NCBI GenBank assembly: GCA_964016885.1
Contig: OZ024740.1
Location: 109,306,001 to 109,370,000 of the forward strand
DNA length: 64,000 bases
Direction of reading: 5' to 3'
DNA from: Eledone cirrhosa
Taxonomy: Eukaryota
Shown here: positions 1-12,084 of the stretch, one piece after another
How the letters are laid out: each line of letters opens with the position of its first letter
Numbering within the stretch: position 1 is the stretch's first letter
Made by a program: the position numbers and the translations under genes
The notes under the pieces: model-generated
The model's database searches: none
Told to the model about the DNA's origin: nothing
Seen by the model: the letters and a program-made list of their open reading frames with translations, nothing else

Positions 1-114
1 TGTTCTATTTGTCTACTGACTAACTACTGTGAGACAACCACTTCAACACAGCGGACATCAAATGAATTACGCGAATTGTTCAAGAACTCAATATCTCAGG
101 TGGTTCTGAACCTC

Positions 115-195
115 ATTTAGTCCGGACTAAATTTCGCGCGGGAACTTCAAATTCTAGCGACCGCCAGAAGAAATTACTAGGCAGCCCATATAAGG
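115..195. promoter_or_regulatory. Candidate promoter motif cluster: 18-bp palindrome, E2F + CDE/CHR-like element, CArG box
   Basis: ATTTAGTCC|GGACTAAAT perfect palindrome at 115-132; TTTCGCGCGGGAA at 132-144; CGCGG-GAAC-TTCAAA at 137-151 fits SSSSS-N4-TTYRAA; CCATATAAGG at 186-195 fits CC(A/T)6GG; CCAAT boxes near 575 and 622; locally CpG-rich. Confidence 0.45.
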
Positions 196-917
196 TGTGC
201 CAGTATAATTATGATTCTTTCTTTACACTGTACTTGCTGGTGATGACACCTAGATTTCATGACATTTTTAGCTTCTTTTGTATGGGTGAAATATTTAAGA
301 GGACAGCCCAGATAGTTGTGACGTGGCTTCAACTTTAAGTAAAGACATATATCATATCATTTCATTTCAATGAAATTATATGTTTATGATTTGCAAAATG
401 AACAAATTAATTTCAAAATATAACCAGAAAGAAGAGAAAAAAAGGAAGAAAGAAAACAAGATAAAACGTGTACACTCAATTACACTTCACCAAAGAATGC
501 CTTAGTTCCCTTCTAAAGTATTGAGGCAAATCAAGACATTCACAAAATTATCGGAGGTGAGAGCGCTGGAATAGCCAATCAAATTTTCGTGTGTCACCTG
601 ATACTTCAGCAAGGTGAGCCGCCAATAATGATCAAAAGTACTCTAGATATTTAACCCATAGGCTATGGGGAGATTTTATGCCCTAACGGGGAGGCGGGGA
701 GAAATGAGCCCAAACAGGAAGATCTCCCCGTCGGACGGGAAAAGTTGACACGACGTCTGCATAGCATCAGAAATCTAAGATAAAATAAACTCCTACGAAC
801 CAGACAGTAATTCTAAAAGCCCTCAAATACCACACCCTCATGACTAAGCGTTACATATGTTTCAGTGTAATTATGAAATTTACCAATTTCAAAGCAGTGG
901 TGTTACTGCATTATTTG

Positions 918-1244
918 TATCTCGGGTCCCAAATAATAGGCGGGGTGGGATTATACGGGTTTTTTTTTTTCGAAAATCAGTAATTTTTCTAGGTTGTCTT
1001 CGTTGATTAAAAACCAGAATTAGTCGTTTCATTTACGTTGAGACCCCAACCCACCCTATTTATTTTATAACGTATGGGATTTCTAATAATGTACTTTTTG
1101 TGTCATGTATAATGTTTTTTTTAATGTATAAAGAAAATTAATTGTCACAGGAATGCTACTGCTTAAAATCAAATTTCGCCAGAGATAGATTAGCAAAATT
1201 TAGTAAGCGCGGGGGGTGGCACGATTATTCGAGACTCGAGAGTA
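918..1244. mobile_element. Degenerate TA-flanked MITE (Tc1/mariner-pogo-like)
   Basis: Left TA-TCTCGGGTCCCAAATAAT resembles the reverse complement of the right end, TA-CTCTCGAGTCTCGAATAAT. Confidence 0.45.
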
Positions 1245-2979
1245 AGTAGAGTAATTAATAAATTTACATTTGTTTCGTTTTATAACCCTGTCTCGTTGAT
1301 ACAGGTATCAATTACTATTAATAAACATTAATTATACTAATCTATAAGCACATTTATTTCATTCAATTACTTAATTTACATTTATTATTTGCATTGTTAC
1401 GATATTTTTTAATGAAATAATAATATGGAGGCAGTTAGTACATTAATTAACTTTATTTATCTGATGTTTGGAATACAAGGAAGATTTTTACATATAATTA
1501 GGAAGGAAAATTTTGTTGAGATAAATACAAACGCTTTAAAATAAGAAATTTTGTAGAAGCTGACGGTTGCAAATGGTTTCATATTTAGAAACACCTGAGG
1601 CGTATGATTTGTTGCCTCATGTCTGTTGGTGAGTTTATAGGTTATGAGACCACTATTTGTTCAGCAAAACGGCTAATTCGACAAAGCTTTGAAACCAAGG
1701 GTACCGGAAAATTGGTGTTGTACATGCACCGATAATCTTTTGTAAAATGCACCGATAAATTATTGATTGCTCTTATTAAATTTTGCTAATTAGAATGCAA
1801 GCTGCTTCATTTTCAACTGTGAACTTTTTCTCCATATAAGTTACATTTTTTTTTGAATAGGAACATCGATTCTTTCAGGAAAATGTTTAAATTTCCCCAT
1901 CAAAATACTGAAAGGAATTTTTAGAAAAAAGTACAAGTCTACATGTCCAAATGTGTGACGCAAAATATAGTTTGTTAAACTAAATTAACGACAGGAGTGA
2001 CTATGCAGTTAGACAACATATTTTTTTTTAATCCTGGGTAGTAATCAGCCATTTTAATATCATCGCCTATTCCTTGGTAGCTTTTAGTAGAGACCACTCT
2101 GTTGTAAGCTCTGGGGGCTATGAAAAGAGTCTTAGGCAGTGTCTTTCTCTCCCTGAGTAGACGGTATTAAAACAATGATAGAATAATAAAATTTCGTCAA
2201 ATAAATCAAAAAGCGACGCCAAAAAACTGCTTTACATGTCCAAATTATTGTTTTTCATAACAATAGTTGAAGAAAGGAAACAAATATTGCAAATTTGGTA
2301 TACAAAGTTTAAATTGCTTTCTATACGAAACCTTCTCAGCGGATTTGCAAACTTCCAAGATAATATTGCTGAGTGTAATTTTTTAGACAATACGCTATAC
2401 ATTTGCATATGTTTCTGACAATACGTTATATATTTGCATGTTTCTGTGAATTAGGGATCCATTTTCTATTTTATTACATGCATTCACGAACAATAACGGC
2501 TTTGTTCGATACATCAGTGGTAAGGCGAGGGGGGCAAATAGCCAAGAGAACAATCAATGATGGTTCACTGCTATATATTTCGTAAAATAAGCAAAAAGCA
2601 TGGGCAGCATATCGTTTGTTTACAACTTATTGGGTTTCAAATAAATAAACACTAATAATTAATTTACTTTTGACAGCGTGAAGGGCTTGGTTGGATCGTA
2701 AGAGTTAATAAAAGTACGATTGAGCACGAGTTTAGCTGATTTGTTACTCATCATATTGATTTCACTTTCCTCCCACATCAAATCTGTTGGATCTTTGCGG
2801 TTTCATTCGATTCCAAGAATAACTGGTTATCTGCTGAGAGTGGTTTATTTCAAAAGATTTATCATAGAATTACTTGTCCAATAGCTGTTTATCTTTTTAA
2901 CAAAAATTGTGTGTTTAGAGTTGTACAGGAATTTATTATTTTTTATTTCATCTTCATGAAGGCAAATTTTTCTAATGAA

Positions 2980-3182
2980 TATAAACAACCCCAGTAAGCG
3001 ATGAAACAACAAACAACAAAGAAAGAAAATATCGAAAAAGAAAAGCAACAGTGAAAAAAAAATGCGAAAGAAATCGAGAGATAGAAATGTGAAAGGAATC
3101 TCCTGTTGATTGAAACGACAGACCATACATCTATCTGTTTCCAATTGCTTGTTCGAATCAAATTAATTTCTGAAAATTACTG
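2980..3182 (+). other. Candidate TATA box plus first non-coding exon
   Basis: TATAAA at ~2980, then purine-rich leader-like sequence ending at a strong donor TG|GTGAGT (3182/3183); no transcript evidence. Confidence 0.25.
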
Positions 3183-4203
3183 GTGAGTGATCGCTTCCGT
3201 TTTATCCTTGCTGATAAGTTGATATTTTCAGTTGTGAGTAACAAGCGTCATTGCTGTGTTTTCAACAATTTATACAATTACACACACAGATACCGGTTTG
3301 TCTCATTTTCTTTTATATATAATAATTTTGTATAGGATTTTCAATCAATACTTTCTTTATATTTCGTTCATTTATTCTTTATTTCTGTCTTACTTTCATA
3401 TGTCTGTGTCTTGGGTTAAATTATTGCTTAGCTTTAGTTTTATTAGGAATTAGATATAGACTAAAATGACGTGTAGAGAAGAGTTTCGTTTCTGTTTCAC
3501 CATGCATGCAGTGGTAAGATTAATTTACAATTACACACATTTATTTGTATAAAGACAATTGTTAACTCTCAAGATAAGCAGTGTTTTGCGCCATGTGTTC
3601 TTCCGGGTCCAGCGGCGTGCAGAGCTCTGATGATGCCTGGGGAAAATCTTGACTGTATGCCCCAAAGACTCGAGTATAAAGCCTAATATACTGAGAAATA
3701 TGAATATATAAACAGATGAAACATGAAATAAACGCATTATTCGATTTTAATATAAATCAATCAAATTAAGTTTTTTCTCCAAATGATTCCCCCATCCAAA
3801 GGATGCACAGGGCCAACGCACCGTGCCCCCCCCCCCCTGCACGTTACTGCCCGGCCCTTTGTTTGAAGGCAAATTTATAGAACATCCCCATCGATTCCAG
3901 TGTGCTATCTTACCTTCCTGTACTAACTTTCCTCTGAAGATGCAGTAAAAGACTTTCTCCCCGGAAAACGGAGGGAGGGGGGTGGTGTACATCGGACTTA
4001 TCACCTCCCCTCTCCAGGAGTTTTCTTTACCATTTTTATTTTTTCGTGTGCTACCAACTAATCTTACTTCTGAACATGCCACAAAGGACCCCCACTCCAC
4101 CCGGAAAATAAAGAGAGGAAGGGAAGGACCTCGTACTTGTCCCTCCCTCTGTTTTCTGTACCTCCTAATCCTAACCTCATAGGAAGGGGTTAAAAGTCCA
4201 AAG

Positions 4204-4366
4204 GTCGATTAAATCGACCCTAGTGCATTATTGGCACTTTATCTTATTGACTCAATAAGGATGAAAGTCAAAGCCAGCCTCAGTGAGATTTGAACTCAGG
4301 ATGTAAAGGACCGTAACTATATACCACAAAGTCCGACGCTCTACCGATTCTGCCAAACCGTCATCC
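4204..4366 (-). mobile_element. tRNA-derived SINE family A (Meta-like central domain), degenerate
   Basis: Reverse complement has TTGGCAGAATCGGTAGAG (A box), GAGTTCAAAT (B box) and CTTTCATCCTTATTGAGTCAATAAG; homologous to copies at 27916 and 50608. Confidence 0.75.
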
Positions 4367-4504
4367 TATGATGGTAATAATGTTAAACAGATATTCTTCG
4401 TTTTAAGATCATAGACAACTTTCAGTAATTTCTGTGAGTGAAAATGACAATTAAAAAGAAAAAGATTATAAATATAATCCTAATCAACACGTGCAAAATA
4501 TACA

Positions 4505-4789
4505 TTAACCCTTTAGCATTTACATTATTCTATATATACTCAAGGCGGTGCCCCAGCATGGCCCCAGCACGATGGCTGGAACAGGTAAAAGAGTATACTA
4601 TTGTATTTTAGTGGTAAAGGCTTTATCTTACATAATTATCTCACATAATATCGAATCTACGAGATTTTGATATTTATTTTGGGAACAATACCTTAACATC
4701 AGTATGAGTGGCTGGTTACAGCCAGTTTGAACAGAAAGAGGTGACAGAAATCTGGCTGGATACAGATGGTTTAAATGATAAAGAGTTAA
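4505..4789. mobile_element. piggyBac-like MITE containing an inserted SINE tail (~4541-4593)
   Basis: TTAA-CCCTTTAGCATTTA ... TAAATGATAAAGAG-TTAA terminal inverted repeats; inner GGCGGTGCCCCAGCATGGC...AAAAGAG tail flanked by TATACT direct repeats. Confidence 0.6.
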
Positions 4790-5229
4790 GACACTTGTGA
4801 GGAAACAGGTGTGTGGGGGACACTAAGCTTTAATTGTATACACACGCATGGATACGCACACACACACACAATCATGCGCACGCACACATGAACACACACA
4901 TGCACGCATGCGCACACGCATACACACACACACAAGACAATATAATTACAGTCCACCTGATTTTGTTTCTTCATAACTCTTAATGCATATTTTACCGAGA
5001 TAGCTGTCATTTTCATTCATTGGAATTATCATAACGAAAGGTTACCAGTATGTAAAATGTGAGTGTGTGATGTTCATAGCTTTTCCAATGATATTCGCAA
5101 TATTGAAAAAACAGGAATCCTATCTTTACATTAAAAAAAAAAAATTTTTCTAAATATCTATATTCATTAATTCAACTTTGATCAAAGAGTCATCTGTATA
5201 AATGTGTGTGGGTAATCCTTTTAATATTA

Positions 5230-5592
5230 AACCTTCCATTATAATTTTATATAAGAACCTCTCTTAGGTTATGTTCCAAACACCAATTTAATAATGTAAA
5301 AGTTAGTTACATTACTAAATCCTTCCAAATTCTTGATATTTTCAAAATGATTTGAAAGCTATAACTAATGTCTTTCATTAGAAGTATGGAAGCAATAGGT
5401 AATGTCTTTCATTAGATGTATGGAAGCAAAAAATTAGATTTATATTTATTTAAAAACGTTCCATCATAATTTTATATAAGAACCTTCTTTAGGCTATGTT
5501 TCAATGCAAATGTTATTTTACTAAATCCTTCCAAATTCTTGATTATTTTCAAAATTATTAGAAAATTATAGACAATGTCTGTCATTAGAAAT
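5230..5592 (+). repeat. Two tandem copies of a dispersed repeat segment
   Basis: TTCCAT(T/C)ATAATTTTATATAAGAACC...TTACTAAATCCTTCCAAATTCTTGAT...AATGTCT(T/G)TCATTAGAA occurs twice; related sequence near 47900 and 60985. Confidence 0.6.
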
Positions 5593-5929
5593 GTAATAAG
5601 AGTAAAGAGACCATGAAATTTGAGTATTTGGAATGTAATTGAAATAAAACATTTTACAATTTAAAGAATTGAAACTGGTTTATAGATTCCACTAACCAGC
5701 ACTGTTTCCATTTACAATCAAATAAATGATATTGGTTACTAACTTTGGCATATTGTGAGAGTAAGAGATTTTTAGAGGTGTAAAGATCAATACTATGAGT
5801 TACAGTTGATCAATAAGCAAGCTCAGACTGAATTATTTAACTTTCTTTTTGTTTTGGGTAAATGTTCTTTTTTTTTTGTTTTTTTTTAATTTTATTTTAT
5901 TTATTTATTTTTGTTTTCCTCCTATTAAG

Positions 5930-6222
5930 TTAAAATGTCACGAAGAGCTTTCTGACTTTGTTCCTTTGGAGAAATATTCTCTTAAGCCAGAACCAATACT
6001 GATTAGTTTGACTTCTCAGAAGTATACTGATATAGGCTGCTCAGACAAGTGAAGTGAAGGGTGGAAGTCTTTTAAAAGGCCATTCTTACACTTCGACATA
6101 GTAATGTGATTATGGTGCAAATAACATTTAAGTCAGCATTATTGAATTTCCACTGCTCTGCAGTCATCATCTAAAACCATCAAAAGCTGCAATGCAGAAT
6201 AGACACAGTGAAAGTCAAAAAG
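5930..6222 (+). other. Candidate exon (mostly UTR, possible start MQNRHSESQK)
   Basis: Long polypyrimidine tract ending TTAAG at 5929; donor AAG|GTATTT at 6222/6223; ATG at 6192 open to the donor. Confidence 0.2.
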
Positions 6223-6359
6223 GTATTTTTCTTTTTTTTTTGTCAGAAGTTTTAGTTGGAAGGAGGAGGGGGAGAAAAGATGACCTTCCTAATTTTTAAA
6301 GCTATTTTTTTTTTTTTTCTGAAAGAATTGGCAAAAAACAAACAAACTTGTGAACACAA

Positions 6360-6728
6360 CATGGTTGCTGGGTGGTTCAGGAGTTTGCTTCACAATTACA
6401 TTGTTCTAGGTTCAATCCTGCTGTGTGGTATCTTGGGCAAGTGTCTTCTACAATGACCTTAAGTTAACCAATACTTTGGGAGTTGAATTTGGTTCATACA
6501 ATCTGCAGAAGCTTATTTTGTATATATTTATATATGTGTGATATGTGTGTATGTGTTCAGGTCTGTGCTTATGTCTTGTAACTTAGTGATTTAATGAAAA
6601 GAGATCAATACAATAAGTACCAGATTTGAGACAAATAACTACTGGGGTTGATATGATTGATTAAATCAAAGCACTTCCCCAGCATGGCTACAGTCTAATG
6701 ACTGAAACTAGTAAAAGAATAAAAGAAT
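6360..6728 (+). mobile_element. tRNA-derived SINE family C (CORE-like TTGGGCAAGTGTCTT)
   Basis: tRNA-like head with GGTTCAATCC B box, internal microsatellite, tail CCCAGCATGGCTACAGTCTAATGACTGAAACTAGTAAAAGAATAAAAGAAT. Confidence 0.7.
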
Positions 6729-8070
6729 GTTTGCTAAATGACTTCTGTCATCGATTGTCATCATCATCACCACTTTTTGTCTGCTGTTTTCATGCTGACA
6801 TGGGTGAGATGAGATTTTATTGAAGCAGTATTCTATAGTTAGATGCTCTTTCTGATACTAACCCTAACTTGTGTTCAAGTATGTTACTTGAAAGTAAGAA
6901 ACCAACTCCACTGAGCTTCACACATCGAATTATTGAACTGTAGGACATATTATGTGGGACATAAACAAATGTCATCAGATGCCTAAACAGTGAAAATCCA
7001 CACACGCACACGCAGAGAGTCTGAATTCAAAACATGTTGCATTGCAAATGTTATATATAAAAGTTATATATAAAATCAAGGAGTGCCCTATATATGTATA
7101 TATATGGTATACTCATACACATACTTGTGCTTAGGTTACATCTTTCTCCACACTAAAACTGGCATATCTAGTGGTGTGATATGATTGCACACTTCACTTT
7201 TCCCTTGACACTCTAGGTTTGTGAGAACACTTCAGGTTGGTGCAGTGAACCAGACCACTCCATCTAGCTCTGCTACAAACCAGGAGTTGGGTTGTTATCT
7301 GCCAATGTTTTCCTTCTTTAGGGGGTTGACATAAATCAATCAGATATTGTCACTAAGCTAAAAGCATCAATCTTAAAGCTAAACTGAAACTCAAGCATGC
7401 TCTTGCGCTCTCCATCTTTTTTATGCCTGCAAGACATGGACACACACAGCAGAATTATAGAGGAAAATACTGACATTTAAAATGAGATGCCACAGAAAAA
7501 TCATAGGCATCTCCAACACGAACATATAAGCAATGAAAGCATTCACATGGCAATCAGGCAACTTACTAAGAGCTGCTAATCATTGTAAGAAAAGGAAAGT
7601 GAGATGGTGTGACATATATACTTATTCACAAGATTGTACAGTAAATCTATTTTATTCCATAACATGATTTTAATGAATTTAATTTTGAAATTCTAATTAA
7701 AATTACTCAAGCTACTCTATAATACTTTTAGCTACTTAATTCTTTATTAAAACATTTTCATATAGAGAATTTTTATTTAAGACTTTGAACATACCATGTA
7801 ATTAGTAAAATGAAAACACTTTTAAGTTTTAATATTGAACAGATAAAGGAAATTATATACATGTAAAGAAACAGTGGGTGGAGTGGGGTATTGAGAGCAG
7901 CTGATTGACACCATAATCAAACATTTCTAGCAGACATTTAGAACTAAATCAATGAAAGTATAAAACGAAAATACTTTTTAATGTGATGCATTCAGATATG
8001 AAATGAAACAAATATATATGAACGTGTATGTGTGTATGTATATGATGTATGTATGCATGTACAATCGCAA

Positions 8071-9060
8071 AGCCACTGGAATCTGCTCTATCACTGAGGG
8101 GATGTTGAAAACTCACCTGCATCATCAACCATGTATGGGTGTCAGAGCAGCTCTCAAATAATTCGACCTAGGGCGGCATCATCCCCTTCTGGCAATGGAA
8201 GGGCAACAAACCTGTCTGCAGCAACCACAGAGACATCACCCACCTAAGCAAGCTCTTCCCCAAGATCCTCCTCAGCTGTGCTCTTCCTGCCATTAGAACC
8301 AGATATCACCCACAGCAGGCCGGATTCATGCTAAATCAATCTGTTGCTGACTACATTTCTGCCCTTCATCTTATTATTGAAAGATCTCAGGAGTTCCACT
8401 TCCTCTACATTGACTTCAAGGCTTCTTTCAACCATGCATCCCTCTGGAAAATTCTCAAGCTCATCGGCATGCCTCCTAAGATCACCACCCTATTCCAATG
8501 GTTCTATAGCAGTGCCGAGAGTTGCTTGTGGGTGAACGGGAATGATTCCGACTGGTTCCCCATCAACAGTGGGAACAGATAGGGCTGTGTGGCTGCCTCT
8601 AATCTGTGAGTTTCTGGCATTACCATTAGGAACTACCACGATACTAACCTGGGGTACGTGAGCAGCACCACTCTATTCAGCAACTTAATCAATCAGGTCA
8701 GGACACACTGACCATATACTGATAGGAATCAAAGCTTGGTCTTCAGGTGAGCTGGGTGAAGACCAAGGTGATGCATGTTGATGATGGCCTGGATCCTTCC
8801 CTGCTTCATATTGGTCCCCAACGCCATGGAGTTTGTCAGCTCCTTTATTTACCTGGGCTTGTCAGTCACCAACAATGGGGAACTGATCTCGGAGATCAAC
8901 CGCAGATATGGTCTGGCCACTGGGGCCATGCACTCTCTTTGGCTATGCAACCCCTTTGGTACCAGTGCTCTATCTCCTGAAAGATAAAGCTCCCTATAAA
9001 TCTATGGAGCAGAAACATAGCCCCTCACAAAGACCCTGACAAAGAGGATTGATAGCTTTG
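8071..9060 (+). pseudogene. Old, degenerate non-LTR (RTE-like) reverse transcriptase fragment
   Basis: Peptides QAGFMLNQSVADYISALHLIIERSQEF..YIDFKASF..LWKIL..G.P, SGNR*GCV, VSWVKTKVM and EFVSSFIYLG..EINRRYGLA, broken by stops and frameshifts. Confidence 0.75.
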
Positions 9061-9539
9061 TACTTTATTAAAATGGAACTGTACTTTGGCTGGGTTTTTT
9101 ACAGCTGGACACTTTTTCTAACACCAACCATGTTTACAACGTGGAACTGGATGGCACTGTTATGAGACAGGCGTGACTAGTTGGCTATTGAGGACGACAC
9201 TTGGGTTACTTTAACTTTAACACCTTTTCACCCACAGTATGTTAGCACCATGGTGATCTCTTTACTGCAGAGTGGTGTGAAGGAGTGTGTTCTGGCTTCT
9301 TGAGGGGTGGCAAAGAGAACATCCACAGTGCTATATTTTGTTCCCAGGGCTATGTATGTTTTGTCTGTCCACACGGCGCCTATAGCCTTTTGGCCCACTC
9401 CACCCATAGCCTTTTGGCCCACTCCACCCTGCATGATATAGTACTAATTGTGCAGTACCAGACTGTACAAAGACATCTGTTCTCTATGATGTCGGGTGGA
9501 TGAGCGAATCTGATCCTGTGGCTGCTCTTCTTTACTCAC

Positions 9540-9980
9540 CACTTTGCCGCTTTCATTTCCTATTGGCTGATGTGAACTCTTTCCACATTTTTAGCTGCCT
9601 TTGCAAAGGATATGGCCGCTGCTGTTGTTGTTGTTGTTGCTGCTGTTGTTGTCACTGTTACTGCCTTTCCTACTTGTTTTGTTACACCTTTTCCCGTTGC
9701 TGTTGTTAAAAAGGAACAATAATTAATACACTGACTAAATTAATTAAAATAAACAATACAATTTTCTTCTAAAGCTACACTGAATACTGATATGAGATAT
9801 GAAATATAATTTTTCTTGTTACCATGACAACTGTATCCCACGACAACATTGATATCAATAACATCCATATAATCTGTTAATAACTCTCCTACAACAACAG
9901 GTCTGTTGCAGTCATATTCACATATCATTTCCTCCTCATATTGAATAAAAGTGCAACAATTATTGTTTACTGCTGTTCTT
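9540..9980 (-). other. Candidate pair of spliced exons (9980-9823, 9699-9540)
   Basis: Acceptors TTTAG and AACAG, donors G|GTAACA and G|GTGAGT, 123-bp intron; joined frame RTAVNNNCC...YSCH/ATGKGVT...HISQ*; no recognisable homology. Confidence 0.2.
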
Positions 9981-10264
9981 CTAAATGTTACCGGAATATA
10001 AAATATCACACTGACATTCATGTTTAGCACCAACAAATTATAGCTTTTAGCTGTTATCATCTTTAAAGATGCTGGCTTGCTGTGTTATACAGAGTTAGGG
10101 ACCAGAGTAAAATTGTTTTTAGCTCTTTCTGTCTTTAAACATTGTAACCTGTTGTCTTATTAAATGTTAGGGCCCAGGGTAAATGTATTACTTTTAGTTG
10201 TAATGTCTTTAAGGATGATGGTGGTTCTGTTATTCAGATTTAGGTAGTTTAGATAACTTTGGCT

Positions 10265-11372
10265 TTACATGAAGTTGCTACACTGGAGCAGGAAGCAGCA
10301 AACAGCCATAGAAAACAAGCATTATCAAATTCTGGGATGGTTCAGTAAAGGCAGGAGACAGCTTCTGCCACCTGGGTGACCAAATTAGCAGTAGGGGTGG
10401 GTGTTCCGAAGGTACAGTAGCTAGGGTGAGAACAAGAGGGAAGAAGTTCAGGATGCTAGCTACAAAAGGATTTTCTCTCTGCTAGCTACTGTAAATGAAA
10501 GGCAGACTGTATGATGTGTGTATATGAACAGCAATGTTGTATGGTAATGAGGCATGGGTTTTGTGTGCAGAGGACTTGTAACGATTGGAACGAAATGAAG
10601 CTTGCATGCTTCGATGGATGTGTAATAGTAACATAGATGAATGGCAAAGCATAAACAAACTGAGAGAAAAACTAGGGCATAAAAGGAATCAGATGCAGTG
10701 TGCAGGAGAGGAGACTGCATTGGTATTGACATGTGATGCATATGACGGATGACAGCTGTATAAAAAGATGCAGAGTGTTCTGGCATTATGAAATAATACG
10801 CCAAGGTTAACTTTGCCTTTCATCCTTACGGGGTCGATAAAATAAAGTACCAGTAATGCACTGGGTAATTGCTGGCCTTGTGTCTAACGTAGAAACAATT
10901 ATGAAATAATACAGAAGACCAACCTCCTCAGAAGTGCAGGCTGAAGCACATACATAGTATGCACCACCTACACATCTACCCCACCCCCTTTCATACACCT
11001 CCCATGAGTACAGGCTGAAGCATATATCCGGTGTGCGCTGTATTCACCTCCACCCCCTTCCAATGACCCTCTGTTTTAACACTCCACCCCTAACACACAC
11101 TGATATACCCACCTCCCGAATCTCCACACACCTCTCCCACCAAATCGCCCAGCCCACACTGTAAACTGGTTATATAGTTGTCACGAAAAAAATCACTCGG
11201 CACACACTGTAAATGTAGTTGGCGTTAGGAAGGGCATCCAGCTGTAGAAACCAAGCCAAAAGCAGTTCTGTATGAGCTAGACATGGTCACCTGATCTAGC
11301 ATTTCTCGCAACAGGATAACTCGTCTAACCCATGCTAGCATGGAAAAATGGACATTAAGCAATGATGACGAT
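10265..11372 (+). mobile_element. Degenerate RTE LINE 3' fragment interrupted by a SINE
   Basis: DSFCHLGDQISS.GGCSE..ARVR..KKFR, MKGRLYD, RLERNEACMLRWMC; 3' UTR GTTAGGAAGGGCATCCAGCTGTAGAAA with a GATGAC tail. Confidence 0.85.
10800..10897 (+). mobile_element. 5'-truncated SINE family A with 15-bp target-site duplication
   Basis: GCCTTTCATCCTTACGGGGTCGATAAAATAAAGTACCAG...GTAGAAACA flanked by ATTATGAAATAATAC at 10785-10799 and 10898-10912. Confidence 0.85.
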
Positions 11373-12084
11373 ATATATATAATCTTCAGCATCATCATGT
11401 AACATTTGTTCTCACTGCTAACAAGTGTCTTTGTGTGTGTGTGTGTGCGTCTCTCTCTCTCTATATATATATATCGATAGTCGATCGACAAGATCCCAGA
11501 CCTCATGCTTAACGATTAGAGAGGAGTTCGTCAAATCGGACCGTGGAAGCAATGTTTCCATTGATTTTTCCAATTGCTAATACTATCTGTTGGTCGCAGC
11601 TCAAGGACATAAATATCACCCAGTTTGTGAATCGAAATCCCACCCTCATGGTTGCAAATCCAATTCTTTAACCACTCAGCCCCCCCCCCCCCTATATATA
11701 TATATATATAGGTGTGTACGATCTTTAGAACTTAATAACTTTTGTTGCTGATGCAAGTAATATACTATAAAGAACACCTATCTATTTTTTATTCTTTCCA
11801 TTTCTAAGCTAAAATCTATTGTATGTCGTCTTAATCTTTATTGGTAGAATTATGGTGGGGAAAATATCTGTGTTAGTGTTTTGTCTTTAAGATCTGAACA
11901 GTTACATAAGATGATTTCCTACAGACTACAGTTCTTTGGGAAATATTGATTTGAAGACAACAAAACCATGAAAATCTAGATATATAAATGGAAACATAAT
12001 TTAGTATTCAGTATGATACCCATAACATTTAAATGAAAGTATGGGTATATATATATATATATATATTTCTGTTTTATATATATA

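Noticed and set aside
655-755. Possible DNA-transposon end (GGGAGAT...CGGGAAAAGTTGACA)
   Set aside because: No matching second terminus or TSD visible.
3620-3660. CTGATGA...GAAA hammerhead-like or C-box-like motif
   Set aside because: No pairing for stems I-III and no convincing D box or terminal stem.
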